Counted from the stretch's first letter, positions 40,483 through 51,643 are shown. The stretch: DNA of 64,000 bases from an uncultured Clostridia bacterium (GCA_934122085.1 CAKOVS010000003.1:17734-81733), one strand, 5' to 3'. Translations and numbers: made by a program. The notes: generated by a model from the sequence alone, not told the origin.

Positions 40483-40795
40483 AGTTTTTCTCCTATTTTT
40501 TCTTTTTATTATAACACTTTTGGTGATAATTGGGAATAGTTTTTTGAACTGATTTGTTTGTTAGTTAAGCTTGTTTTATTATTTGTTTGAATAGAATTTA
40601 AGAATATAGGCCTTCGGGTTATGAGAATTTGATTGTGATTTTTGAGAAATTTTGTTAACTTGAGTTTTTATTAGTTTTAATAGGGTTAGAGCAAATTGGT
40701 AAGATTATGAAATCGGTTAAATTTTGTGGTTTTTTTGCAATGATTGTCCCAAATTTGTCCCCAAAAATTTTTAATAAAAATGGAGGTTTTTACAA

Positions 40796-41097
40796 TGAAA
40801 ATTTGTGATATTTTAAATAATAATGAAAGTGAAAATTTCTTAAAGGAATGGTTAGAATTTAGAGAAGAGAAATTATCTCGTATGGATGAAAATGATCAAA
40901 AGCATTTAATTAATTTTGATGATTATTCTGAAAATATTTTAAATAATGTTTCTAGTGAGAATTACAACTATTTTTCTAAAAAATTAGATTTTATCTATGA
41001 GGATTTTATGGAGTATTGTTCTTATTGGAATGATAAGTATTATATGAGTGGATTTAGTGATGCTATTAAGTTGATTGTTAGTGGGTTGAAGTTATAA
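40796..41097 (+). CDS. Acidic hypothetical protein
   Basis: GGAGG 8 nt upstream of ATG (MKICDIL...); followed by a strong terminator. Confidence 0.4.
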
Positions 41098-41109
41098 TTT
41101 AGTATAATA

Positions 41110-41158
41110 AAAAGTGTGAAAATGACTTTCTTAAGGAAATGTTATTTTTCGCACTTTT
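41110..41158. terminator. Bidirectional long-stem terminator
   Basis: aaaagtgtgaaaat ... atttttcgcactttt, 14-bp stem. Confidence 0.5.
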
Positions 41159-41189
41159 TACTATTATATATACATATGCTATAACGTTC

Positions 41190-42526
41190 TCAGCTTTTTC
41201 TAAATATTAAAGTAGTTTCTGTCTGAATTGAATAAACAGGTTTGTTATTTTTTAAACGTGAAATTTTAGATGCAATTCTTTTTGAAGGAATATTCCTATC
41301 AAAATCATAAATTCGTTTTAATTTTAGTGTAGATAATAATTCTGACAAAATTAAATCAAATCGAACTACTTCTCCATTTACTCTCCTATTTCCTATGGTA
41401 AAAATAGCATATTTATCTTTTTTTAGAACTCTTGATAATTCAACACAAGAATTATAAAAATCTATATAAAAACTAGCTACTTTTCTAGCTTTATTTTTTT
41501 CTCCTGCCTTAACTAACGCATCAAATGTTGATGATAATGTTTTAGATTTTTTTAATATATTTGAATTGTATATTACATCTATAGAATAATTTGTTCCTCC
41601 AAGACTTTCTTTGTCAATTTCTGTTAATGTTTTTAGTATTGAATTATCCATATTGCTTTTTATATCATTAATATCAATCCAACGTAAAGGTAAAATAGAA
41701 AATTGTCCGTAAGTCACAGTTGTATGATTATCTCCATACGGAGGTGATGTTACAATCAAATCAACTGAGCAATCTCTAAACTTTCGCTTATCACTCATAA
41801 CTTTAATTGTATCGCCAAGATAAACTCGAGTTTTATTCTTTATATTAAAAGCTCTATATAAATTATCAAAACTATTAATGTCTTTTTCTAATTGTTTACT
41901 GAAATTTTTTATACAATCATACTGGAAACTCTCAATAATATTTTGTTTTTTTATGTGTAATTTAAAAGTCGATTTTTGAGAATTATTAGCTAGTCTTACA
42001 ATTTCTGCAAAAGCAAGCCAAAAAACTCTTCTATATAAAATATCATTTTCTTGCATAATACAATATCTGATTCTACTTAGTTGATGAATTATGTCATCAT
42101 TAAACCATTTATTAATTCCATCAAATTTAAAATCTTTAACATTTCTTGTATTATTAATTAGATTTAACAATTTATCTGATTTAACTCTTAGAAGAGAAAT
42201 AGAAATCTTAGTTGTCCTAACTAAAGTCATTAAGTATGCTAAAGGATTTATGTCGATACCAATTGTATCTAAATTTCTACAAAGTCCCTCTATTAATATA
42301 GTTCCTGACCCCATATATGGATCAAAAATATTTTTTATGCTAGAATCATTTTGCAGTACAATATTTATAAGTTCTGCTTGCATATCTGGTACCATTTTAG
42401 CTGGGTAAGAGTGTGCATAGTAAATTGAGTCTTTAGAATTTAAATTTTTAAAGTCCCAATAGGTTTCTTCTTCTTGCTTTTTTTTCTTAATATAATTTAT
42501 TATATTTTTATCAGCTAAATTCATAA
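41190..42526 (-). CDS. Orphan DNA methyltransferase (amino-MTase, N6-adenine/N4-cytosine)
   Basis: Motif I DPYMGSGTILIEG and motif IV VTSPPYGDNHTT; no cognate REase adjacent; start MNLADKN after GGAGG. Confidence 0.75.
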
Positions 42527-42645
42527 CATACCTCCTCTGTTTATAATAATACAATAAAAAATAAAAAATGTAAATTAATTTCATAAATTTGTAAAAAAAA
42601 TATATACATGATATAATAAGACAAATAATAAAAATGGAGGAAGTT

Positions 42646-45036
42646 ATGGATAAAACAAAATTATTAAACTTATCTATTTCTACAAGAATTATTTCTCAAT
42701 TAGGAGAACAACTTATATCAGACGAATTAGTGGCACTTATGGAATTAATTAAAAATGCATATGATGCGGATGCAACTAAAGTTACAATAAAGGTTGATAC
42801 AAAAGCTGAAACATCACACGGTATTGGAATGATAAAGATAGAAGATAACGGAAATGGAATGACACCATCTATTATTGAAAATAGTTTTTTAAGAATATCT
42901 ACAGGATTTAAGGAAGAATATAAAATTTCACCTTACTTTAAAAGACTAGTTCTTGGAAAAAAAGGTTTAGGAAGATTAGCCTTTAATAGATTAGGAAAAT
43001 ATATAAATGTATATACTACTCCTAGAGTAGACAGAATCAGTGATGAGTTAGTAGGCAATTTAGAGGGATTTAACGAGTTCAAACTTTTTGTTGATTGGGA
43101 GAGTTTATATGTAGATCAAGATTTTAATAAAATACAGGCAACCTTAGAAAGGCATATTAATCCAGAACCAACTTATGGAACGAAAATACAAATTTTAGGA
43201 ATTAAAAATACAAATTTCTGGAAGTTGGATAAAACTCAAAGGCAAAGATTAAAAAATGAAATATTTGGAATGATAAATCCTTTTACCAAGAACAAGGAAA
43301 GTAGATTCGAAATATATTTATATATTGATGGTGAGAAGTTTACCACAGAAGAACTAGATGAAGATTTAATTAGAAAAATAAGTGATGTTAGCGCTAACTT
43401 TAATCTAAATTCAAATTGGATATTATCTTTAGATATAAATAGAAAAGAAAAATATATTAATAATAGAATTGTAAGTACTAAAAAGAATAGAGAAAATGCA
43501 TCAACTAAATTAGTTTTACAGGAAAAAAATATTGATCCTAAAATATATAATATCCATTATGAAATTGACTTAAAAAACTCAAAAGAAATAAGAAGCATAC
43601 TTCCAAAAGTTGGAGATATTACATTTAGTACCAAAAATAATGAATTATGTTTTCCAGGAATTTTAAGTGGGGCTATTTATGCTACTGACTTAGGAAATAA
43701 AAAAGAAATTATAAAAAATCTAAATGCTGATAATATTAAAACAAATAGTGATTTTGATAATTTGTGGGAGCAAGCAAATGGAATATTTGTATTTAGAAAT
43801 GAATTTAGAATACTACCATATGGAAAAAATGATTGGTTAGATTTTACAAAAATGAGTCAAAGATTAAAAAGTAATATTTATAAAGAGCATACTATAGCTG
43901 GCTATATTAATTTAGATGGTGAAACTAGTGAAAACTTAGAAGAACAAACTAATAGGCAAGGATTTATTGAAGATGAATATGGAAACAACTTCTTTAAAAT
44001 TATTAAAGATATAATTGCTGTTACTTTGGTTAATGAAGACATTAAATTAAGAGATGGATTTGACTTAAAAACAAAAGAGGAAAAAGGATTTTTATACTCT
44101 AAAAATAATATGATAAAGTATAAAATGGAAATTTCGCAAGAGAAACAAAAAGAAAATAAGAAGGAAGAATTAAAAATATCAATCAATAATTTAAAGGCTA
44201 ATACAAGTAATATTGCTGAAATAGAAAATATATCACATATAACTGATGAGTTCTTTAAATTAGATTCAAAGGTGGAAAAAAAGAATGAACAAGAAAGGGA
44301 AATTTTACAAAGGCAAATAGATGAAATAAAAGAAATTGCCCCAATGGTTGGTCAAGCAATTATAATCGAGTCAATGACTCATGAATTAAATAGAATAGAA
44401 GGAAATATTAAGCAATATTCAAAAAATAGTTTAGATATTGCTTATGAGTTGGATGATACTTTTAATGGTAAAAATAAGTTAATTAATAATCAACATTCTA
44501 TTATAGATGAGACTGTATTTATGAGGGCACAATTAAATCATTTAGAGCCTACATACAGAAGTCAAAAAAATACTGTGGAAAATATAGATATCAAAAAACT
44601 TTTAGAGGAATCTTATAAAACTGATGGTCCTATGGCAATAAAAGCAAAAAATAGCAATATTGATGTACAAATATCAGGAAAAAATTTTACTATAAAAGCA
44701 AATAGAGGATATATTATTACTATATTTGATAATTTATTTTTAAATTCATTACATTGGATTAATTATGAGGAAGTTAATAAAAAAGAAATATTAATACACA
44801 TAGATGAAAAAGGTTATATTTATTTTTGGGATACAGGAAATGGAATTCATCCAGATATAGAAGATTCTTTATTTAATCCTTTTACTACAATGAAGAAAAA
44901 TGGAAGAGGTTTAGGTTTATATATAGTAACTGAATTACTAAGTCAAATGAATTCAACGATTGAACTAGATGAAGATAGAAAAAACGGAAGATTATACAAA
45001 TTTAAGATTAATTTAAGTAATTTATTGGAGGATTAG
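42646..45036 (+). CDS. Cytoplasmic fusion protein: N-terminal GHKL (HATPase_c_3, MORC/MutL-like) ATPase + C-terminal histidine kinase core (HisKA + HATPase_c)
   Basis: N-terminus LMELIKNAYDADATKV...IEDNGNGM...GKKGLGRLAF (Bergerat fold); C-terminus H-box MTHELNRIEGNI, N-box FDNLFLNSLHW, G1 DTGNGI, G2 GRGLGLYI; no TM segments; GGAGG RBS. Confidence 0.6.
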   Translation: MDKTKLLNLSISTRIISQLGEQLISDELVALMELIKNAYDADATKVTIKVDTKAETSHGIGMIKIEDNGNGMTPSIIENSFLRISTGFKEEYKISPYFKRLVLGKKGLGRLAFNRLGKYINVYTTPRVDRISDELVGNLEGFNEFKLFVDWESLYVDQDFNKIQATLERHINPEPTYGTKIQILGIKNTNFWKLDKTQRQRLKNEIFGMINPFTKNKESRFEIYLYIDGEKFTTEELDEDLIRKISDVSANFNLNSNWILSLDINRKEKYINNRIVSTKKNRENASTKLVLQEKNIDPKIYNIHYEIDLKNSKEIRSILPKVGDITFSTKNNELCFPGILSGAIYATDLGNKKEIIKNLNADNIKTNSDFDNLWEQANGIFVFRNEFRILPYGKNDWLDFTKMSQRLKSNIYKEHTIAGYINLDGETSENLEEQTNRQGFIEDEYGNNFFKIIKDIIAVTLVNEDIKLRDGFDLKTKEEKGFLYSKNNMIKYKMEISQEKQKENKKEELKISINNLKANTSNIAEIENISHITDEFFKLDSKVEKKNEQEREILQRQIDEIKEIAPMVGQAIIIESMTHELNRIEGNIKQYSKNSLDIAYELDDTFNGKNKLINNQHSIIDETVFMRAQLNHLEPTYRSQKNTVENIDIKKLLEESYKTDGPMAIKAKNSNIDVQISGKNFTIKANRGYIITIFDNLFLNSLHWINYEEVNKKEILIHIDEKGYIYFWDTGNGIHPDIEDSLFNPFTTMKKNGRGLGLYIVTELLSQMNSTIELDEDRKNGRLYKFKINLSNLLED

Positions 45037-46869
45037 ATGGAAAACGAAAATATAGAACAAATTAAACAAAAATTAGCATTTATGAATATTAATAAAATAA
45101 TCTCTATAGATAATGAATGGTCTCAAAATAATAATATAGACTTAAGCAAAGATATAATAGATTTTATCGAAGAACTACATCCAAAAAATGAGAAAGAACT
45201 CTTACGTAAAATATCTAATAAAGGCTACTTAACTTTAAAAAATGCATATGATGATAATGATGAAGAATTAATAAAACTGATAAATTCAAAAAATGATATG
45301 CAAAATCAATTACCACCCCATTTAGAAAAATTAGATAAAATTTTAGAAGCATTACAATTAAAAGGAATAGCTGTAGATAAAATAGATAAATACAAACCAT
45401 CTATTTTCCAAAAGTATAATACGGAAAATTGTCTTTTTATTCTTGATAAGGAAATGGATGAAGTTAGTAATAAAGATATTATTAAAGAAAGTATTCCAAA
45501 TATAATAGAAGAATCGGATAAAAATGGTGTAAATCATTTAATAATTGTATATTCAAGTAATATAAGCGATGAATATGTAAATAACTCAAAAAAATTAGCC
45601 TATGTACAACAAAGAATAACATCTCCTGGAAAGAGTAATTTTTATATTTATAAAATGTTTGCAATAGAAAAAAATCTAGATACAAAATTGGATCAAGAGC
45701 TAAATTCAAAAATATCAGATTGTATTTATGGTGATGCTTTATATCACTATATGGTATTAGAAAAGAGCAAAACAGATAAAATTTATGATTCAATTTGTGA
45801 AATAGATAATGAGGAAATATCAAGAATATCAGAGGAGAATTTTATAGAAGGAAATAATATTACTGATAGTATTAATACTATCAAAAAGGCTATAACAAAA
45901 ATGCATGAAAATGAACAATTTGATAAAGAAAAAAATATACTAGAAAAATTTAATTTTTATCAAAAAGATAAAATCAAAAATTTCGTTTCACATAATAGTA
46001 CATTAACAACAAATAGTCAATATAGAAAATATCGTGAATCTCAGGATATAGAATTTGTAGAAAATATATTGCAAAGCAATATATCAATTTGGGAAAATAT
46101 AGATTATTCTGTTAACAAATTTTATAAAGACATATCTACAGGAGATATATTTAAAACAAAATTACTAAAAGAGAATAAAGAACAATATCTACTAATTATA
46201 GAAAATGCGTGCGATTGTATACTTCGAAGTCAAAAAAATATAAATGATATATCAAGAAAAAATAAAACTGGAAGTATAAAGGTATTATTATTAGAAAAAT
46301 ATGATATAATAGAATCAGAGAAAAAACAAATAGCTAAACAATTTGGCAATGGAGAAATTATTTTTCCTATAAAAGAACATAAAACTTATTATTTAAAGAA
46401 CACTGGAAAAGTTTTTTCAATTCCAGAATTTTTATTAGATTTATGTACCCTAAACGAAAAAGGTAAATGTTTAACAAATTATAGTAAGGAAATAATACAA
46501 AAATATAAAAATTATTATTTTGAAAAGTATATGGACATGCCACAAACAATTGAAAAGATAGAAAATTTCAAAAAATATTTACTAATAGATAATTCCCATA
46601 TAAAGAAAGGATTAGAATTGCAAGAAGAATCAGAAGAAAATATTATAAAACCATTTCAAATAGAGAAAGATAAAGATGGAAATCCATGTATGGAACGAAT
46701 AGGAAGATTAGACTATAATATTACTTTAAGAGTATGTCAGAAAAACTACTATGAAATAGAAAAACAAATATTTAATACATTTGAGAGTCAAGGAATTCTT
46801 AATAAATTGAAAGGACAACAAAAAACTACAATTGCTTCTATAGAAAAAATATTTGGAATAAAAAAGTGA
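45037..46869 (+). CDS. 610-aa hypothetical protein, likely translationally coupled to the upstream GHKL-kinase gene
   Basis: Start codon overlaps the upstream stop (GATTAGATGG); no recognisable motifs; Cys pair CDC...C. Confidence 0.4.
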   Translation: MENENIEQIKQKLAFMNINKIISIDNEWSQNNNIDLSKDIIDFIEELHPKNEKELLRKISNKGYLTLKNAYDDNDEELIKLINSKNDMQNQLPPHLEKLDKILEALQLKGIAVDKIDKYKPSIFQKYNTENCLFILDKEMDEVSNKDIIKESIPNIIEESDKNGVNHLIIVYSSNISDEYVNNSKKLAYVQQRITSPGKSNFYIYKMFAIEKNLDTKLDQELNSKISDCIYGDALYHYMVLEKSKTDKIYDSICEIDNEEISRISEENFIEGNNITDSINTIKKAITKMHENEQFDKEKNILEKFNFYQKDKIKNFVSHNSTLTTNSQYRKYRESQDIEFVENILQSNISIWENIDYSVNKFYKDISTGDIFKTKLLKENKEQYLLIIENACDCILRSQKNINDISRKNKTGSIKVLLLEKYDIIESEKKQIAKQFGNGEIIFPIKEHKTYYLKNTGKVFSIPEFLLDLCTLNEKGKCLTNYSKEIIQKYKNYYFEKYMDMPQTIEKIENFKKYLLIDNSHIKKGLELQEESEENIIKPFQIEKDKDGNPCMERIGRLDYNITLRVCQKNYYEIEKQIFNTFESQGILNKLKGQQKTTIASIEKIFGIKK

Positions 46870-46954
46870 TTTTTACTTGTTTTTTTAAGCGAACTAATAT
46901 GAAGTGAACCCAAATTATTAGACAAAAAAGTTTAATAAGGAGGGTTCATTTTCT

Positions 46955-47467
46955 ATGTCAAAATATTCAAATGAGTTAAAATTAAAAGTTGCAAAATATT
47001 GTGTAGAACAATATCATGGATATTCAGATGCAGCAAAATATTTTAATATTCCAAGCGAGACTACAGTATATCAATGGGTTAGGAGATATAAAGAAAAAGG
47101 AGTAGCAGGATTATTAAAAAACAAAAAAACTTCATATAGTGGAGAATTTAAACAAGATGTGGTAGAATATATGCATAAAAACCATTTATCAGCAACAGAA
47201 ACAGCTATAAAATTTAATTTAGCCAATCATACTATAGTATTAAAATGGGAACGTATATATTATGAGGAAGGGCCACAAGCATTGTTTAGAGAACGACGTG
47301 GTAGAAATAAAAATATGAGTTCTAAACCAAGAAAAAAGAAATTATCTAAAGAAAATAAAGAAGATTTAATAGAAGAAGTTCAAAGATTAAGAATGGAAAA
47401 TGCATACTTAAAAAAATTGCAAGCCTTAATTCAGGAAAGGACAAAGCCAAAACAAGAGAAAAAGTAA
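46955..47467 (+). CDS. IS3-family transposase OrfA (HTH + leucine zipper)
   Basis: HTH N-terminus, LRMENAYLKKLQALIQE zipper. Confidence 0.8.
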   Translation: MSKYSNELKLKVAKYCVEQYHGYSDAAKYFNIPSETTVYQWVRRYKEKGVAGLLKNKKTSYSGEFKQDVVEYMHKNHLSATETAIKFNLANHTIVLKWERIYYEEGPQALFRERRGRNKNMSSKPRKKKLSKENKEDLIEEVQRLRMENAYLKKLQALIQERTKPKQEKK

Positions 47468-47508
47468 TAGTAATAGATGAATTAAGGCATGAATTTAAAT
47501 TAGAGACT

Positions 47509-48312
47509 TTGTTAAAGTTTGCAGAAGTAAAAAGGAGTACTTTTTATTATCAATTAAATAGAATGCAAGTACCAGATAAATACAAAGAAATAAAAGAACA
47601 AATAACATCTATATATCACGAAAATAAAGGAAGATATGGTTATAGAAGAATTACATTAGAACTTCATAATAGAGGATTTATAATTAACCACAAAACAGTT
47701 ATAAGATTAATGAGAGATTTAGGATTACAATGTTTTATTAGAGTTCAAAAATATAAATCTTATAAAGGTGAAATAGGAAAAATATGTGATAATCTTCTAA
47801 ATAGAGAATTTGAAGCTGAAGAACCAAATCAAAAATGGGTTACAGATGTAACAGAATTTAAAGTACATAACGAAAAACTGTATTTATCACCTATAGTAGA
47901 TTTATTTAATGGAGAAGTAATTAGTTTTAACTTATCAAGACATCCGGTATTCGCACAAGTAGTAGATATGTTAGAAAAAGCTTTTAATAAAATACCAGAT
48001 AATACAAATTTGATATTACATTCAGATCAAGGATGGCAGTATCAGATGAAGCAATATCAACACTTATTAAAAGAAAAAGGCATTAGGCAAAGTATGTCAA
48101 GAAAAGGTAATTGTTTAGATAATTCATTAGCAGAGAATTTCTTTGGTTTATTAAAATCAGAATTATTTTATATGAAAGATTATAAAACGATAGAAGAATT
48201 AGAAAAAGATATAATAGAATATATAGATTATTATAATAATAAAAGGATAAAAGGCAAACTAAAAGGAATGAGCCCTGTTCAATACAGAACTCACTCCTTA
48301 GAAGTTGCTTAG
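47509..48312 (+). CDS. IS3-family transposase OrfB (DDE integrase core)
   Basis: ...VSRSTFYY-like start, DDE residues (VTDVTEF ... HSDQGWQY ... NSLAENFF); open -1 frame extends back to the A7 slip site. Confidence 0.8.
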   Translation: MLKFAEVKRSTFYYQLNRMQVPDKYKEIKEQITSIYHENKGRYGYRRITLELHNRGFIINHKTVIRLMRDLGLQCFIRVQKYKSYKGEIGKICDNLLNREFEAEEPNQKWVTDVTEFKVHNEKLYLSPIVDLFNGEVISFNLSRHPVFAQVVDMLEKAFNKIPDNTNLILHSDQGWQYQMKQYQHLLKEKGIRQSMSRKGNCLDNSLAENFFGLLKSELFYMKDYKTIEELEKDIIEYIDYYNNKRIKGKLKGMSPVQYRTHSLEVA

Positions 48313-48398
48313 TACCTAATCAAAAAATGTCCAATTTTTTGGGTTCAGTACATAACTCGCCTTTTTATATAAGAAATAACTACTGTAATTTTTCACAT

Positions 48399-50162
48399 CT
48401 AATTATTTTCTAAATCAAATATTAGTTTTTTTAAATCAATAATATAGATTGGCGTTGCTTGATTTGAATAATTTAAAATATAATTAGTTTCTGGTAATAT
48501 CATTTCATTTTCTTTGAACAAATTAGATTTATTAATTGTTGTTAAAGATATATCTGCTTTATTCATTTCTTGAATATCTGTATCATTCACGTCCCAACAA
48601 ACAATGTAATCTATTTCATTTGCATATTTTTCGTTGTTTTCAAAATCTCTAATTATATTTCTTAGATGTGATTTAAATTCTATGCATATAAAATGATTAT
48701 TATATTCTGCATAAAGATCATACTTTTCTCTATATCCTGATATTATTGGTTTAACCTTATCTATTTTTCCCATTCCTACAAGTTCATAAAAAATTGCTGC
48801 TACACTTGCCTCTTGCTCAGATGGTAATTTTTTAAAATTAATTATTGAATTATTTAATGCTGGCAAACTATCAATTTTCATTTTTATTTCATCTCTATCC
48901 CAAATTGGATTATTGTCTATATCTGGTTCTCCTGCAACATACTTTGAAATGTATTTTGTATAATCACTAAATATTTCTTTTGCATATTTTTTATAAATAT
49001 TTTTGATACTTCCATTTATTGATTTTCTTCCTATATCAAATTTTAGCATATCATCTTCAAAAATCATAAATAAATTTGGCCAATATCCAGTTTTACCTGT
49101 AAGTGGAGGCTCGATTATAATTCCTGTTGGCATTCCTTTTACTGATGTGTATATCCCTGATTGATGTGTTGTGAAAAATTTATCTTGTAAAATGTCTTCA
49201 TTGTCTATATCATTTTCATCTAATAATCCATCTTTGCACGAAATCTTTTTCCATAATGTTCTTTGTGGTACATAACATGTCCAAAATTTTATTGTTCTCA
49301 CATTGTTATGTTTATATTCACCCATTTTATATATAATTTTATTTTTTAATTTATTTCTTTTTTCCTGATCTGATGATGTTGGATTTTCTTTTAGCCATTT
49401 TTTAAAAACTTCTAAATCAAACAAATCCTTTTTTTCCAAACTTTCTGTAGGTATCCAATATTTATATTCCAATTTTTCTTCCTTGGTATTTTCAGCTAAA
49501 TCAGTATATATCAATGTAACATCAATATTTGAATTATTATCAAATAAGTTCAAAACATTTCCAATAGCAGTTTTAGTCCTTATTACATACTTTATAGAAT
49601 TAAAATCTAATTCAAATAATTGCTGATTTTCAATCCCTTCAACACATATATCTGTTCCTATGAATCCTTCTTTATTTTCTGAAGATAAATTTAAGCAAAA
49701 ATCTTCATCACTATCACTATTCTTCCATGTTTTTGCTCCAGGTATTTTTACTACAAATTTTTCAGTAGATTTATCAGTTGTTGTCTTCATAATAAAATTG
49801 TCACTCGAAAACAAAACAAATTTTAGTCCTACTCCTTTTTCTCCAATTGTTTCTTTATCATCTTCTTTATCAGTAGAAAATGGTGTTAATAAAACTGGTA
49901 TTTTTTCCTTTTCTATCCCTATTCCCGTATCAATAACTTGTATTGATCTTTTATGAGCATTAATAATTATTTTTATGCTCCCCTTTCTTTCTTCCGTTTT
50001 ATTAATTGCATCTACACTATTTTGAACCAATTCAGCAATTATATCCCAAAAGTTATTATAGCTATCTTCTATCCCCTTTATGCTTTTCCTTATAATAAAG
50101 TTATTAGGCATTAAAAATGGTATTTTTTCAGTATCCATAATATTTACTATTTCCCCTTTCAA
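48399..50162 (-). CDS. MORC-like GHKL ATPase with C-terminal restriction-endonuclease-fold (DUF3883-like) domain
   Basis: ELVQNSVDAI ... IDTGIGI ... GEKGVGLKF Bergerat motifs; C-terminal D...(ICIEFK) PD-(D/E)xK-like pattern. Confidence 0.6.
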   Translation of the reverse strand: MKGEIVNIMDTEKIPFLMPNNFIIRKSIKGIEDSYNNFWDIIAELVQNSVDAINKTEERKGSIKIIINAHKRSIQVIDTGIGIEKEKIPVLLTPFSTDKEDDKETIGEKGVGLKFVLFSSDNFIMKTTTDKSTEKFVVKIPGAKTWKNSDSDEDFCLNLSSENKEGFIGTDICVEGIENQQLFELDFNSIKYVIRTKTAIGNVLNLFDNNSNIDVTLIYTDLAENTKEEKLEYKYWIPTESLEKKDLFDLEVFKKWLKENPTSSDQEKRNKLKNKIIYKMGEYKHNNVRTIKFWTCYVPQRTLWKKISCKDGLLDENDIDNEDILQDKFFTTHQSGIYTSVKGMPTGIIIEPPLTGKTGYWPNLFMIFEDDMLKFDIGRKSINGSIKNIYKKYAKEIFSDYTKYISKYVAGEPDIDNNPIWDRDEIKMKIDSLPALNNSIINFKKLPSEQEASVAAIFYELVGMGKIDKVKPIISGYREKYDLYAEYNNHFICIEFKSHLRNIIRDFENNEKYANEIDYIVCWDVNDTDIQEMNKADISLTTINKSNLFKENEMILPETNYILNYSNQATPIYIIDLKKLIFDLENN

Positions 50163-50173
50163 TTTCGTTTATT

Positions 50174-51568
50174 TCAATTTTCTATCAAATAATAATCTTT
50201 TAAATCCTTTTCAGATATATCCAATCCTTTTTCATGTAATAATTCTTTTCTTTTTAAATATAGATTGTGCAATGCTGGTTTCCTTTCAACATCTTCGCCT
50301 AAGTGTACTAATCTATGACAATGTGGACACAATGTTACATAATTTTCAACAACTTCTATGCTATTTTCAAAATCATTTCCAACTGCTCTAGGAATCAAAT
50401 GGTGTACTTCCACATAATTTTTATGTGATTCTTTGCTTGTAAAATATTGACATCCATAAAAATCTTCCAGCTCACATCTGTAGTTACTATTAACTTTAGC
50501 AAGTTTTTTCAATACAGTACTTACTCTGTTGTATTTTTCAACTGCATACATATCAGTATCGTCTATTTTTTCATTTAAGTCTACATCTTGTTCATTAACT
50601 TCTTTTTCATCTCTAAAGTTTAAAGAATACTGTATGATATCAAATAATTCTTCATATATAAGTTTGTACACTGCTTCATGATCTGCTATAAAACTTTTTA
50701 TTTTCTCTATATCAATATTTATATATATTTCATTATATCTGAATAGTGCATAATCTATAAAATCTTCATAGTTTTTATATGAATTGTTTAGTAAAATAAG
50801 AGAAAAATATTGTATTTTCGCATTATCAACTAATGTGGATTTTACATATGAACCTGTTGATTTATATTTATATGATATTGTACATGTTTCTTCTTTTGTA
50901 ATTTCTCTATTTCTAGGTCGACTTTGCACATATTCTTTTAATTCTTTCTTTTCAGCATCGCTTGCATTAATAAACATTTGTAAAAAATCAATGTCTTCAA
51001 AATCTTTATAAAAGGAATCAAAGTATAAGTAATCATTCATAAATATTTCTTCTGTACCAATATCGCAACTATCAATAAAGTTTTTTAAGATACTTATATA
51101 TTTTTCTTTACTTACACCTCTTTTTTCCATAAAGTTTACAATTTCATTGCTTCTTACATCTATATAATTAGGAATATTAGCAAAATATCCATTTAGAATT
51201 GTTAAATATATAAGTATCCAACGCTCTTCTTTTGAAAAATCACTATCTAACATATCACCAAAGGCTAATCCTTTTTTATTTCTATAATATTTGTTTGATG
51301 CCCTAGAAAAAATTTTTGATTTTAACATATTAACTGTATGCTGTTTTTCTTTTTCTTCCCCATGATTTTCATGATGAATCCATTGGTCTCTTCCTATATT
51401 TTCAATTTCTTTAAAAACATCATAACCTGTCTCAAATACCCATAAATTTCTATAATTTGTATTTAAAAAATATAGTATTTTTCCATTTGAATTTTCACCT
51501 GTAGAACAATAAGCATCATACCATCTATTATTTCTACATAAATCTTTATATATATCTACTAAATTCAT
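50174..51568 (-). CDS. HNH nuclease-domain protein (paralog 1)
   Basis: C-terminus CELEDFYGCQYF...HHLIPRAVGNDFENSIEVVENYVTLCPHCHRLVH = HNH with two Cys pairs. Confidence 0.7.
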   Translation of the reverse strand: MNLVDIYKDLCRNNRWYDAYCSTGENSNGKILYFLNTNYRNLWVFETGYDVFKEIENIGRDQWIHHENHGEEKEKQHTVNMLKSKIFSRASNKYYRNKKGLAFGDMLDSDFSKEERWILIYLTILNGYFANIPNYIDVRSNEIVNFMEKRGVSKEKYISILKNFIDSCDIGTEEIFMNDYLYFDSFYKDFEDIDFLQMFINASDAEKKELKEYVQSRPRNREITKEETCTISYKYKSTGSYVKSTLVDNAKIQYFSLILLNNSYKNYEDFIDYALFRYNEIYINIDIEKIKSFIADHEAVYKLIYEELFDIIQYSLNFRDEKEVNEQDVDLNEKIDDTDMYAVEKYNRVSTVLKKLAKVNSNYRCELEDFYGCQYFTSKESHKNYVEVHHLIPRAVGNDFENSIEVVENYVTLCPHCHRLVHLGEDVERKPALHNLYLKRKELLHEKGLDISEKDLKDYYLIEN

Positions 51569-51643
51569 CTTTTTTCCCCCGTTAATATTGTATCATACAT
51601 TATATAAAAAATAAATAAAAGAGGAAAATGTTTCCCCTTTTAT

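Larger units (their letters stand above)
46905..48347 (+). mobile_element. IS3-family insertion sequence (orfA/orfB with -1 frameshift)
   Basis: Terminal inverted repeats TGAACCCAAA... at 46905 and ...TTTGGGTTCA at 48347; orfB is in the -1 frame overlapping orfA with an A7 slippery run at 47410-47416. Confidence 0.8.

Noticed and set aside
45037-45600. Possible receiver (REC) domain at the N-terminus of the 610-aa partner protein, which would make a two-component pair with the GHKL-kinase
   Set aside because: The acidic residues (IDNEW ... LFILDKEMD) are about 115 aa apart, too far for a CheY fold; no K/T signature. Left as unknown pending HMM or structure.
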